A stretch of 63,408 nucleotides of DNA, counting the filler, from Salisapilia sapeloensis CBS 127946 (Eukaryota > Protista > Oomycota): assembly GCA_023334545.1 (NCBI GenBank). It is 10 parts of 10 records of this genome, joined end to end, with 100 filler letters (N's around TTAATTAATTAA, not from the genome) between each part and the next. Parts side by side here need not be neighbours in the genome. Positions count along the whole stretch, not along the records: positions 1 to 15,678 come from JAADVB010000362.1; positions 15,779 to 17,878 come from JAADVB010000958.1; positions 17,979 to 19,032 come from JAADVB010001336.1; positions 19,133 to 26,019 come from JAADVB010000544.1; 6 more parts are not named here. The stretch is one strand, 5' to 3'. The position numbers and the translations under genes were made by a program. Below are positions 11,049-22,313 of this stretch, one piece after another; position 1 is the stretch's first letter; each line of letters begins with the position of its first letter. Under the pieces are notes generated by a model. The model did no database searches. It had not been told where the DNA came from and saw nothing but the letters and a program-made list of their open reading frames with translations.

Positions 11049-14003
11049 TCATCTCCTCGAGTCTCCCGACAGCAACGCATGTATCGGCAGCGCTTGCGAA
11101 GTCTGGTGGTGACGCGTATCTAGCTCCTGGATGTCCGGCACGTCAATGTGGTCTGGTTCCCACCCGTTCTCATGTCGGTCCCATGCAATCTTGAGCCCCG
11201 TCTCGAGGTTCTGAACCCACCGCTTCGTGTCGAACAGCGGACACGTGTGTCGGTCTTCCTCGAGCGTCCGTCGGATCTCCCATAGTCGGTCCATGTCGCT
11301 CGCTAACGCCACCGCTAGCTCCTCGTACTCTTCCAACGACGCGGTGATCATGTGGTCCAAGTGGGCTGCCTTTAGCAGAGACGACGCGACGCGACAGGCC
11401 ATGCGGTCCTTGGCCATCGTCACCATCGGCGTGCCTCCCCACAGAATGTCACATCCGGTCGTGTGGGCATTACATTCTGGTGTGTCTAAGAAGAGATCTG
11501 CCAAGTAGCCTCGCTTCAAGTGCTCCTCCTTGCTGGCAACGTCTGTAAAGTGGAGTCGGTCGTCCTTGATACCTCGCTTCCTCGCCTCTGCTCGAATGTT
11601 GCTTTCTGCTAGAGGAGGGAAGCGTAGGAGCCACAAAATGCTGTTCGGCACGCGCTTGAGAATGTTCATCCACGTCGTGAATGTCTCCGGGTCGATCTTG
11701 TACACCTGGTTAAAGTTACAGAAGACAAACTTGTCCTCTGGGACACCATAGTCGGCACGAGAAGGACACTTGCGTGTATCCAAAACTTCCCGCGCGCTCT
11801 GTCGATGGTCGTTCACAAAGTACGAGTGCGGCATGTTGATCATCTTTTCTGTAAAGTACGGACGATGGGTCGGCGGGACGACTGTCGCGTCTCCAACCAT
11901 ATACTGGACGTAGTCTGCGCCTAACGTTCCGCAAAAGCCCATATAGCTCACCTGTACCGGTGACGGTTTCAACGCAAAGATCTCGTTTCGAGCGCCCTTG
12001 GTGTACCCGTTTAAGTTGACGAGGATGTGGATGCCATGCTGCTGGATGAGCTGCGCGGCGTCGCCATTCGAGTACTGCGAGATGTCGATAAAGTGCTCCA
12101 CTTCGCTCGAGATCTTGTTCCGCCACGAAGATCCGTCGTCCGGACTTGTAGAGTAGCAAAAGACCTCGAACGTGTGTCGATCGTGCATGCCAAAGACGCT
12201 TTGCATCAAGTGCGCTAAGGGATGGTTGCCTAGATCGGACGACACGTACCCGATGCGCAGTCGCTCGTGGCTTTGTCGAGTCGGATGCTGCAGTCGAGGG
12301 ATCTCCACCAGACTCACATTGAGCTTAGCACGCTCTGCATATCGTATCGAAATGTCCATGAACTTTTGCAGAGACAGAGGGTACACGAGTGCGTGGAACG
12401 GTTGGACGGACGGAAGCATGTTAGGCGTCGACAACTGCGCGTTCACAAAGGCCTCCAGCCGCGCAAAGTCCTCGTTCCGACTCGTCCAGTCGCACACGAA
12501 GAGCATCGAGTGGAAGTAGTTGGCGAACGCGTCTGGAAAGTCCGGACGGAGCTGCAGGGCCTTGCGGTAGCACACGATAGCATCGTCCAGCTTGCCACCG
12601 TCCTTATAGGCGCTCGCGAGATTGCTATATGCGTCTGGAAAGTCTGGCTTCAACCGAATGGCTGTGCCGTAGCACTGAATTGCCATGTCTAGCTGCTGCA
12701 GGTCCTTAAACACGTTGCCCATATTACTATACGCGTCTGCAAAATTCGGGTCGATCGATATAGCTTGCTGGTAGTGCGTCAGCGCTTGCTCTAGCTTCCC
12801 CTGTTCCTTCAAAACGCTACCAAGATTGCTATGCGCAGCAGCAAAGTTCGGAAGCAGTCTCGCAGCAGTCGAGTAACAGTGGACAGCGTCTTTCACGAGA
12901 CCCTTGTCTTTTAGAGCGTTTCCTAGATTATTGTACGCATGTGGGTGGTCTGGCTTGAGACGCAGTGCGGTCCTGTAGCACTGGATGCTCTGCTCCAGTT
13001 CCCCAAGCTCTCTCAACGCGTTGCCAAGGTTGTTGTACGCATCCGGAAAGTTCGGTTCGAGCTGGATGGCATGTCGGAACGTCTGCACGGCCTGCTCGAG
13101 CTGTCCTGCGTCGTAGTAGGTGCTTGCGAGGTTGCCAAAGGCGATGGCAAAGTCTGGTCGGAGGCGAATGGCGCGCTGGTATGCTTCAATCGCCTCCTGC
13201 AGCCGCCCGCTTTCCTTCAAAGCATTACCGAGGTTACTGTAAGCGTCTGCAAACTCTGGTGCGAGACGGATGGCCTCCTGGTAGTGCTCGATTGCCTGGT
13301 CGAGCTGTCCATCTTCCTTGTACAGCCCCGCAAGGTTGCTCCAGGCAATGGCAAACGATGGCTTGACACGCAGCGCCTCGGCGTAACAGCGCTTGGCGTC
13401 GTCGTACCGACCCTGTGCTTTATATAAATTACCCAAGTTGCTGTGCGCGTCGACGAGTGTCGGGTCCAGCACCAGTGCCATCTTGTACGTCTCCATGGCC
13501 TCGTGGATCTGTCCGAGCTGCATGTAGCAGTTTGCCAGGTTGTTGTAGGCGTCGCTGAAGCGAGGGTGGAGTTTGATGGCACGTAGGTAGAACTGGACGG
13601 CGCCCATGAGGTCGCCTAACTCCTTGAGGGCATTACCGAGATTGCCGTACGCTTCTGCGAAGCCAGGGTCGACGCGCAGACACTGTTGGTTGTAAAAGAT
13701 AGACTCGCTGTGATTGCCTAGCTGGAAGTGGACGGCACCTAACAGTAGTAGGTTGTCTGTGCGACTGGGATCAGCTTCGTAGAGTTGCTCACAGAGCTCG
13801 AGCGCGTCTCGGTAGCGGCCGCTCTGGTACTGACTGTGTGCATAATGTAGTAATTCTATCGAAGAGGATGAGTACGACATTGGCGAGGTGGAGGAGGAAG
13901 GGTACGCACGGGAATATCGTTCGAGCGTGTCGTAGTGGTCGCTGGATGCATATGTGTTGGATGGCGCCGGTGGCGTCAAGTGCTCGTGCTGGTACTCTTG
14001 CAT
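11049..14003 (-). CDS. OGT: O-GlcNAc transferase (TPR + GT41, OGT/SEC type)
   Basis: Many AEAYxNLGN TPRs, RIGYVSSDLGNHPLAHLM, LNGYTKGARNEIFALKP, FNQVYKIDP and LFLDTPECNAHTT. Confidence 0.95.
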   Translation of the reverse strand: MQEYQHEHLTPPAPSNTYASSDHYDTLERYSRAYPSSSTSPMSYSSSSIELLHYAHSQYQSGRYRDALELCEQLYEADPSRTDNLLLLGAVHFQLGNHSESIFYNQQCLRVDPGFAEAYGNLGNALKELGDLMGAVQFYLRAIKLHPRFSDAYNNLANCYMQLGQIHEAMETYKMALVLDPTLVDAHSNLGNLYKAQGRYDDAKRCYAEALRVKPSFAIAWSNLAGLYKEDGQLDQAIEHYQEAIRLAPEFADAYSNLGNALKESGRLQEAIEAYQRAIRLRPDFAIAFGNLASTYYDAGQLEQAVQTFRHAIQLEPNFPDAYNNLGNALRELGELEQSIQCYRTALRLKPDHPHAYNNLGNALKDKGLVKDAVHCYSTAARLLPNFAAAHSNLGSVLKEQGKLEQALTHYQQAISIDPNFADAYSNMGNVFKDLQQLDMAIQCYGTAIRLKPDFPDAYSNLASAYKDGGKLDDAIVCYRKALQLRPDFPDAFANYFHSMLFVCDWTSRNEDFARLEAFVNAQLSTPNMLPSVQPFHALVYPLSLQKFMDISIRYAERAKLNVSLVEIPRLQHPTRQSHERLRIGYVSSDLGNHPLAHLMQSVFGMHDRHTFEVFCYSTSPDDGSSWRNKISSEVEHFIDISQYSNGDAAQLIQQHGIHILVNLNGYTKGARNEIFALKPSPVQVSYMGFCGTLGADYVQYMVGDATVVPPTHRPYFTEKMINMPHSYFVNDHRQSAREVLDTRKCPSRADYGVPEDKFVFCNFNQVYKIDPETFTTWMNILKRVPNSILWLLRFPPLAESNIRAEARKRGIKDDRLHFTDVASKEEHLKRGYLADLFLDTPECNAHTTGCDILWGGTPMVTMAKDRMACRVASSLLKAAHLDHMITASLEEYEELAVALASDMDRLWEIRRTLEEDRHTCPLFDTKRWVQNLETGLKIAWDRHENGWEPDHIDVPDIQELDTRHHQTSQALPIHALLSGDSRR

Positions 14004-15507
14004 GACGGGCGATGTCTGTGTCGGTCGTTTCGTCTAGAAAGGTCACCTGCTATCAGGTGTGCCGGCCAGCCCTCGTCGCTATATATGAGCCGAGAGGAAG
14101 GTGGCGCGCGCCAGGCCGAGGAACCTCAAAACGTAGAGCTTTCCTCCACCCGTCTATGCACCGTCGAGACAGGTGTGATTCTCTGGAAGAAGCAAGGCAT
14201 TAGTTTTTTTTCATTTTTTTGATGGTTTTATACTGAAACGGACGATCGGCTATGGACGACAGCGCGCAGTCACTCTGTCGCGCAAGGTCAGGGGAACGTC
14301 TTCCCATCGTCACGAGATCCGTTTCTATACGAGAGGCCGGCTAAAACTGGATTTCCATCCTGGGATACTGGCAGGGCTCGGTGCACTCTTATCTCGTCGC
14401 GTAGGCTGATCGAAAATTTCTGACATCCATGGTAACGTCTGGTTCCTAGGTACTGGGTGTCTGATCGCTTCTGCCGTCGAGAGTCGATGCAAAGGTACTG
14501 CTGCGATCTGCGAACGGCACTCGACATGATTACAAAGGACGTAAACTGGAAAGAGGACGAGTAGAACAGGGGAACGAGGCGCATAGGATGCTACGAAGGC
14601 ATCTTGCTCCATTCGACGGGCGTTGACGCATCGCGTTGGATATTTTTAAAAATTTGCACAGCACAGACTTGTCGAAGAGGCCGATGCCTCTGATACTGCG
14701 TCACCTATCCTATAGTCTAGGTGTATCATCTCGAACGGAGGTATAGATTACACACAAGAATGATGGCGCCGATTATGGAGCTCCTGTGGACGGAAGGATG
14801 CCGATACTTTTCGTCGCGGGAAAATTTGAAACGTACGTGTCCGAACGGAGGCTGCCTACATCGTGCTACTTTTACGACTCGCACGAGATGGGGGTTGCAT
14901 CGTTCATGTAGCACGTCGTGCATCTGCTCCGTGTACAAATCATACAAGGGCTTGTGTCGTAGTAAACTCACTTTGACATTCTACGGTAATTTCTTCGGCA
15001 CGCTCTAAACGATCATCGACCCAATCTCTCTTTTTCAGGGTAGTCACAAACTATCTCAGCCCGAGATTCATCTCGTGCAGAATAATTAGCTTCATGAATG
15101 TAGCGTCGCCCCGTCTGTCTGCGAGTTTATGGATGGTGAAAGAAATAGGACGTGGCGAGTGAGCTTGTCGAGGCGCATGTCGAGATGCAGTTTTAAACGA
15201 TTAATTTGACTGTAAAGGGGTTGGATTGCTGAGCTTTGTAGTTAATCACCCGCTGTGTTTCTACTGCCCCAAGTTTCCATCAAGGCGATGTACAATTAAC
15301 ATGCTGTTGATTTCCATCCAAGTGACTTGACAGATTTTCGACAGCACCACTGTAGATTCACTGTGAAAAGTAATTCTTGACCACTACTTTATTTCAGAAG
15401 GCAAGAGGTATCTCTGCTATGCGATTGAATCTAGCCCGACCGGAGAATGACAAGCGCAAGACCAAAGCTGAATATCGTATCTGTCAGTGAGGCCGATCAC
15501 CGCGAAA

Positions 15508-15524
15508 CTCATTCCGATATTTGC
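15508..15524 (+). promoter_or_regulatory. Oomycete-type Inr+FPR core promoter of copy B
   Basis: CTCATTCCGATATTTGC, 14 nt upstream of ATG 15539. Confidence 0.65.
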
Positions 15525-15538
15525 TTCTAGGTGCCAAG

Positions 15539-15678
15539 ATGTCCTCATCCTCTGTTGCCTGTGCCACGGGCATTGCCGACTGTGCCATTGACTCGTCCGG
15601 AGTCTGCGCCGACTACAATGAAGAGTACACGAACCTGCTCGGCGTCGACTGGCTCATCGTCCTCGCCTTCCTCATCAT
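15539..15678 (+). CDS. 5' fragment of the membrane protein, copy B; truncated at contig end
   Basis: Identical to 1-140 (reverse complement). Confidence 0.6.
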
Positions 15679-15778
15679 NNNNNNNNNNNNNNNNNNNNNN
15701 NNNNNNNNNNNNNNNNNNNNNNTTAATTAATTAANNNNNNNNNNNNNNNNNNNNNNNNNNNNNNNNNNNNNNNNNNNN
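15679..15778. other. Artificial contig-joining spacer (44N-TTAATTAATTAA-44N); also at 17879-17978, 19033-19132, 26020-26119, 28411-28510, 31875-31974, 50081-50180, 53519-53618, 62164-62263
   Basis: Nine identical 100-bp blocks with a linker giving stops in all six frames. Genes are truncated at them. Confidence 0.99.
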
Positions 15779-17010
15779 AACTGCAGCAGCTTCCTGTCGC
15801 TGCCAAGTGGAGTAAATGGAGTAAGAACGTCCGCGATGTAGCGTACCATATCCTTGGTTTAGCTTTCTCTCAGAGCCAATTCTATCGTCAGACCGACATG
15901 GTGTCCACACTCCAAAGCACTCTTCTCACTGGTTTAGAAACGATGGAGCATCGACATGTAAAGATCTTGCTGTCTTACGCTGTTGCAACGTTTGTGAAGA
16001 AGTGTCCTACCGACATGTATACGACTGTCCTCCAGCCGGTTCTTTCCCAAATACTAGAACACTTGATGCAACGACTAGCGCATTGCTTCAAGACAGGAAA
16101 TTTATCGACAGGAGAAGTGGGTACGGTCAAAGGCCAAGATACGCCTTGGATGTCGATATTCGTCGGCATGGAGACAGCGAAGCAAGACGTTGCGCAGGAG
16201 AAGATGCTGTTGGACTTGACGAGAGAAGTGGTGGAGTTGTTAGAAGCACTTGTGGATGGGAAAATCGTCGTTGGAACAGACACGAGCAACCCGAAGCACG
16301 TCATGAGTCCAGAAGACCAAGTGCTTCGGACCTTTGTCCTGTCGACGCAGCATGCCATGCCAATAGAAGTCGTACGATTGCTGTGCTTAATCATGGGCTG
16401 GATGGATACCATGAGCGCACGTAAGGCAACGAATCTAGCTGATAAGATCGTGTCGCTTGTGTACACTGAGCAAAGCATGCACGACGTCCTCGGTCGAGAG
16501 CTCTTTGTCGCTGGTGTCACAGCTCTGTTTAATGAGCAAGAGAAGGAGGACGGACTTCGATGGGACCTTATCAACCTCCTTCGCAATATCTATTGCCGAC
16601 TCGTGCTCGGCGTCATCCCTGTGGATGAATGCAAGGGCATCGATCCGTGCAACCAGCCTCTACCTCCAGCCTCTACGTTATGCACAACACCTCGAGAGGT
16701 GCTTTTATCTCTACCGGAAATGGAAGCAGCACAAGTGGAGGCATTGGAAACGTATTTACGAGGTCAACATGGCGTCAAGAGTCAGAAGAACGCTGTGAAG
16801 GAAGTACTGGAGGTCCCACTGCAGGCTGTCAAACGTATGCGTGCGAAGGGGAGTAGTATGGACACTTCGTGCTTGGCGTTGGGTCAAGGACGTCAGATTC
16901 CAGATCTACCGGAGAAACTCGTGATCGCATCCAAGGAATCCGAGGCGGCTGCAAGACAATTTTACGCCGATCATGCAGACCTGACGACGACAAGCCTTTT
17001 TGAACAGTAG
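15779..17010 (+). CDS. XPO5: Exportin-5-like protein, C-terminal part (5' truncated)
   Basis: The frame is open from the contig edge. VRDVAYHILG...MEHRHVKILL...VKKCP and LLSLP...KSQKNAVKEVL resemble the Exp5/HASTY/Msn5 C-terminus. Confidence 0.7.
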
Positions 17011-17046
17011 ATCGGTAGATAGATACAAGTGGACTAGTGAAGCAAA

Positions 17047-17878
17047 TTAATTTTTCTTTTTCCTCTGTAAATTTTGTTGGTACGCTGTCACATTCTTACC
17101 GAGCGATAGACCGTAGCGACTGCTGGACTGCGCGAGCGTCTGAATGCCTTCACTTGCTAGACAAAAGTAGAGCTCTCGCTCGATGTGGTACATGAGATAA
17201 GGTCGAATATAGTGAAAGTCGACAGAGTCCGGCACAAAGCAGTCTCCCTTGTTGCGAATTCCGCCGAGTTTTTGATGATACACGTTTGCCCATGGATTCA
17301 TTCTGTCGCCACTGAACCAGTACATGTTATGCGGTTCATCCCAGTGCTAGCGCTTCCTTTATAGTCTCTCGTGTCCTACAGAAATACGCTTTCCCACATC
17401 ATACAGAACGAGATAGAGGCATCGTCCGGAAGCATGCGGCTCATCTTGTCGGACAGACAGGTCTTGTCGTTCATGCGCTCAACAAAGCGGGCCAAGTAGA
17501 GCTTGTTCATGACATATCCAGGTCCGCCCGAGTTGAATACCCATCGATCCCATTGCGACAGGAACTCTTTCTCTAGATTCGGATCCACAATGTAGTACTC
17601 TGTTAGATGCTGCGTCAAGTTGAATCGATGCCCGACTTGGATCGGTTCCGTCTTGTGCCGCATGACCGTCTCTGAACGACGAACGTACGCACGAACGTTG
17701 TCGACAATGACATATGCATCATCATCTGCCTTGTAGAACCAGTCGTAGTCATTTCGATAATGGTCATATACGTACTGGTGGCTAGCTTTATGCTTTAGCC
17801 AGAGATGGTTGTGGTCGGATGGAACGTCAAAGCCTATGACAGGGAAAGACAAGCTCCCAACGTCGATCGTACCGCTCA
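17047..17878 (-). pseudogene. GT31 core-1 beta-1,3-galactosyltransferase (C1GALT1-like); disrupted or carrying an unusual 41-nt intron; 5' truncated
   Basis: DWFYKADDDAYV, FNSGGPGYVM and FHYIRP motifs. Two TAG stops and a frame change fall at 17347-17387, inside the DTRDxxG motif. Confidence 0.65.
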
Positions 17879-18342
17879 NNNNNNNNNNNNNNNNNNNNNN
17901 NNNNNNNNNNNNNNNNNNNNNNTTAATTAATTAANNNNNNNNNNNNNNNNNNNNNNNNNNNNNNNNNNNNNNNNNNNNGTGTTTTTTAAAGTTGCTCGGA
18001 GCATGTAGGTAACCGCAGTTCGGGAACTTGCAGATATTTGAACGCGACGGGTAGGGGAGTGTCTTGATGAGGTTGTCTATACGCTCTGTATCGTTTTCAT
18101 CATCGCTCTCGAGATCGCCGTCATTGGTGCGGTAGGTGCCTTTGCTGCTCATTCCGAAGTTTTCGTCTTTCGACTCGTTCTTGCGATGGGTTTTGGCAAT
18201 ACAGTACCCACCCAGATGAACCCCCCTAAAATGATATGTCGCAATAAATGATCAAAATTGGCCGATTTAAATTCACCGTTTTTTAAACAGAGATATTCTA
18301 TAGTAAAGAAAAATACTGATCAAAAGCTGCCAAACGTGATAT

Positions 18343-18588
18343 TAGGACGTGTCAAACCTGTCAAAATCGGAAAATGTAATGAGGTGTCTGATTGCCAAAT
18401 AATCGGCCATAACTCCTAAAAGCATCGGAAGTTTTATTTCGAGCGCTCATGAATCAGTCAGACTCCAAATATGATAAGCCACCTCCGGGGGTGGTTTGTT
18501 TTATTTTGGAAATAAGATCAGTAGAGCCGAAAGATGAGAATCTTATTTAAGAAAAGTAAGGCACTTTTGCCAGGTTTGACACCCCCTA
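18343..18588. mobile_element. Possible MITE with about 24-bp imperfect TIRs
   Basis: Left end TAGGACGTGTCAAACCTGTCAAAA; right end (reverse complement) TAGGGGGTGTCAAACCTGGCAAAA. The ends resemble hAT TIRs, but no clean 8-bp TSD is seen. Confidence 0.5.
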
Positions 18589-19188
18589 ATGATGATACTG
18601 GGGACAAACGAAGCGATTCAGTCTAACTTTGAAAGTATTGGTCACTCGAAGGTAAAATTTTAAAATGAGGATAGCTGCTTATGTCGAACCACTAGGTGCA
18701 ACTATATTCTTAGGCCATGTACTAGATCATTTTCCGAAACAATTCGAGGGCCCATAGCTAAGCGTGTCAATATAAACAGAAATTTAAACCCAGTGCCATT
18801 GAAATCAACTCTTTTAGCACAGCTAAACCGAAGTTCCTAAGTCATGCTAATCCTTTCTTAGCTCTCATTCGTTGAGTCATCCAGTCGGAGACGCAGTTCA
18901 GTCATCTTCAGCCACGCCAGCTGACGACCACGCTCTTGGTCGTTCAGAGAAAGTTCGGAAATACTGCCTCTCCACACTTTTTCAATCATCGTATCTAACT
19001 CATCTTCACCGCTTTGTCTACCTTGAGTAAGANNNNNNNNNNNNNNNNNNNNNNNNNNNNNNNNNNNNNNNNNNNNTTAATTAATTAANNNNNNNNNNNN
19101 NNNNNNNNNNNNNNNNNNNNNNNNNNNNNNNNCGCACCCAGAGTATCTGTGCAACATGAAAGTAACAAGACAAAAAAGCAAAAGATTT

Positions 19189-19269
19189 CGACAGCTGTGA
19201 GATTTGAACTCACGCGGGTTGCCCCAATAGATTTCTAGTCTATCGCCTTAACCACTCGGCCAAGCTGTC
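19189..19269 (-). tRNA. tRNA-Ser(AGA)
   Basis: GACAGCT acceptor stem, TGGCCGAGTGGTTAAGGC D arm, ATAGA-CT AGA AA-TCTAT anticodon arm, long variable arm, GTGAG-TTCAAAT-CTCAC T arm and an oligo-T terminator downstream. Confidence 0.97.
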
Positions 19270-19543
19270 ATATAGTATTTGAACTCAAAATATGTTATAA
19301 TAAGTTTAGTTACAATGTTCCAACTGCCGGATGTATATAATTGCTTTTATTTGCTTCCCTTTATGCATGCACCACGTGCACCCTATATCTAGTTTACGTA
19401 TATACCGGTGAAATTTTGTGCGAAAGACTTTTAAAGTAGTCGATACAGACACGCAATGCTAGCCGAAATTACGCTCAGTGGAAGTCTCAACTCGAAGCAC
19501 CGTCACTCCCATGTCGAATATCTACGCATGGATTCATCTAATA

Positions 19544-20074
19544 GGGGGTTTCAGACTTTGTGATCTCTGGGATAAAATTACTCGGGAGATGACAGTATCG
19601 ATTGCAAGGGTCTTTGGTTCTGAGGTTCCTTTATATGCTACTCAGAATTCACACCTATCGGTTGTACTGATCAATTGCCCCTCTCAAGCATCATACCAGC
19701 ATTTATGTTCAGATTAGAGCCAAGCAAGTACAGTAAGTTCTTGTGAGGGATGGTAGCTGGGGACTCCAATGCTTATCGAGTAGATACTAGACAATAACAG
19801 CGAGATCGATTCTTTATTTTCAATTTTACCAGACAGCTAGTTCATTTCCTATGCCCGCATTGGCTCCTCGTGCTATTTTAATCGCCCATACACGTGTCTT
19901 GCTTAAAAGCCGAAGCACCGACGTATCTCTATGCTCTATGTCTATGCATTAGACCAGTAAAATTGCAGGACAGAATCCAGGTTTCCATACACGACATTCC
20001 TGTGTGCGTTTGAAGTGTCTGTCAACCTACGCGACCTTAAAAAGCGACAAAAGAGTTGAATGTCTGAAACCCCC
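19544..20074. repeat. 13-bp perfect inverted repeat bounding about 530 bp (possible old MITE)
   Basis: GGGGGTTTCAGAC at 19544-19556 and GTCTGAAACCCCC at 20062-20074, similar to the TIR at 18343/18588. No TSD is seen. Confidence 0.3.
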
Positions 20075-20674
20075 GAATGCAAGTACACTATCTTTATTTC
20101 CAACCGTAGCATGAATATTTTATCGGCGTTGATGTACATGCTCCGTGGTCTGCTCTGGTCATCAACGTAAATATAGGGTCAATAGTACTTGACCAAAGTA
20201 GTATTATCGATCACGTGGTAGGAGCCAAGATCCCTGCTTAATGTTCTGCTTACCGCTTTCGACAAGTATCATCTCTGGCAATGCAAAGGATATTCCTCTT
20301 TTCGCTATCGATCGTTGCATATGCCACCACATCGCCCATAGTAAAAAATAAGAATAGTTCAGAAAGACAAGCATGGAAACCACCGCCGCTGACTGCCAAT
20401 TTTCGATACCAAGCTTTATTCTCTGTATCAATATAATGCCTATAGAAGTAGATGATTTAATTACATTTAAATGTGTTCCATGTACATTTTTCATAGCTTC
20501 AAAGATGGAACTTGGTCGAAGGCGTTGAAGTTCACATGATCGATGTATCCTCTGCGCATTATTTACTGGAATAGCCAGATCCTTTGTGGGACAACAAGGC
20601 ATAAGCCGACTGGGAATCGAGTGAGTAGAGACTGTCGCGATCGACGTACGTGCAAGAGCAAGTGATCAGCCAAA

Positions 20675-21457
20675 ATGGATTCGAACGATGCGGACCGTCA
20701 GATCAAGCAAATGGTCAACTTTATCTTGCAAGAAGCGCAAGAAAAAGCGAATGAAATTCGTGTCAAAGTGCGATCTTTCATCCTTCCTCGATATCCTCTC
20801 TCCATAAACTCACTTGAACTAGACAGAGCACGATTTCAACTTGGAAAAACAAATGCTCGTGCATAACGCTAAGCAAAAGATTCAGGAAGAGTATCAGCGG
20901 AAGGAAAAGGAACGAGAAGTGAATAAACGCATGTACGTGATGATGATCGCCATCACTCCTTTCTTCTCTAACTCGATGCTAGCGCTCGATCGGCCGAGAT
21001 TGGAGCGTCTAGACGTAAGAAGATGGTAGCGCGAGACGACTTGCTCAAGAATCTCATCCACGATGGTCGAGAAGAAGTCGCCAAGGGTGTGACGGACAGT
21101 GGGAAGAAGGACCTTTTGCGTGATCTGATCGTCCAAGGGCTCATCAAACTGTACGAAAGCAACGTGACGGTTGCTGTGCGTGAAAGTGACCTGTCGATGG
21201 CGGAGAGTGTGCTGGAAGAGGCGAAGAACAAGTATATTGAGATCATGCAAAAGGAAGCGAATTTGGACGTGCGCAAGGTCCAATTGTATTTGAATCAGCA
21301 ACCAGCCTACCACGTTCCGTCTTCCAACAGTGGTGGCTGTATTCTGTATGCCAAGCAAGGCAAGATCGTTTGTGACAATACGTTGGATACACGTCTCGGC
21401 CAAGTCTACTACGATCTCAAGCCGACGGTGCGCAAAATGCTTTTCCCATCGCTTTAA
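20675..21457 (+). CDS. ATP6V1E: V-type H+-ATPase subunit E (introns 20768-20822, 20933-20982)
   Basis: QIKQMVNFILQEAQEKANEI...GGCILY...IVCDNTLDTRL. Two GT-AG introns (55 and 50 nt) restore the frame. Confidence 0.95.
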
Positions 21458-21570
21458 TCCGTCCAAACAAATCGTTTTTCACTTTTAAAATCGTTTGGTA
21501 GTTTCTAAACGATCTCGTTTATTTGGGAGATGTGTGGTTTTCTTCTTGTTCGCTCCATTCTTCATTCTTC

Positions 21571-22313
21571 ATGGCATCGAACGACGCGCTAGTCCTTCGT
21601 CTTCACTCGGATCGAGTGATCTCGTCTCCGGAAGTGATTGACGCCATGGAACGTACAGACAGAGGTCAATATATCGCCACTGGTCAGACACCTGACGGAC
21701 ATCCGATCGACGCTTTGGATGTGTATGAAGAACATCCACTCCCGATCGGATATAATCAAACGATATCTGCGCCGCACATGGTACTTCATATCGTAGTCTT
21801 CCTTATGCAATGTATGACACTTGGTAGCACGGCCTAGCACTGCAATGGGCATCTGCAGCCATCGAGAATGTAAATCATCCTCGTATGCTGGATGTTGGAG
21901 CCGGATCAGGCTATCTTACGGCCTGCTTGGGGCGGTTAGTACAGTCCAAAGGCGGACGAGTGTTTGGACTAGAGATCATGTCGCCATTAGTCGAGTTTGC
22001 TCAACGTAATCTCGAACATGCAGATGGAGACTTGGTATCGAATGGAGTCGTGGACCTTACATGTGGGAACGGATGGGATGGCCTGCCAGAGGAAGGGCCT
22101 TTTCACTTTATTCATGTCGGTGCAGCGGCTGAAGTTCCACCGCAGGCGCTGATGGATCAACTGGCGGAAGGTGGAAGCATGATCGTACCTTTGGATACGT
22201 ATGATGGTGGACAGACACTAGTGGAAATCCAGCGTCATGGACGTGTCTTTACCCAAAGGTATCTCAAGAATGTCCGCTACGTCCCGTTGGTGCATGCTCC
22301 GAGGAGCTGTTAG
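21571..22313 (+). CDS. PCMT1: Protein-L-isoaspartate O-methyltransferase, copy 1 (intron 21781-21827)
   Basis: PIGYNQTISAPHM|H, LDVGAGSGYLTAC, GPFHFIHVGAAA, YVPL. Confidence 0.9.

Noticed and set aside
12267-13640. Roughly 102-bp periodic repeats and overlapping ORFs in OGT
   Set aside because: Ordinary 34-aa TPR coding repeats, not CRISPR or a mobile element.
14288-15008. Short ORFs upstream of OGT
   Set aside because: No motif or consistent splice model; left unannotated.
15723-15734. Recurrent TTAATTAATTAA palindrome (PacI-like) nine times
   Set aside because: Always centred in identical N blocks. It is an artificial six-frame-stop linker, so cross-spacer gene neighbourhoods (e.g. NMT near the MG-SMC4) are meaningless.
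17376-17378. TAG read as Trp (codon reassignment) in the GT31 gene
   Set aside because: Many intact genes here end in TAG (3777, 17010, 22313, 25645, 26987, 37240), and a frameshift is also present.
19826-19836. TTTTACCAGA resembling U5 loop 1
   Set aside because: It lacks the GCC prefix, closing stem and Sm site.
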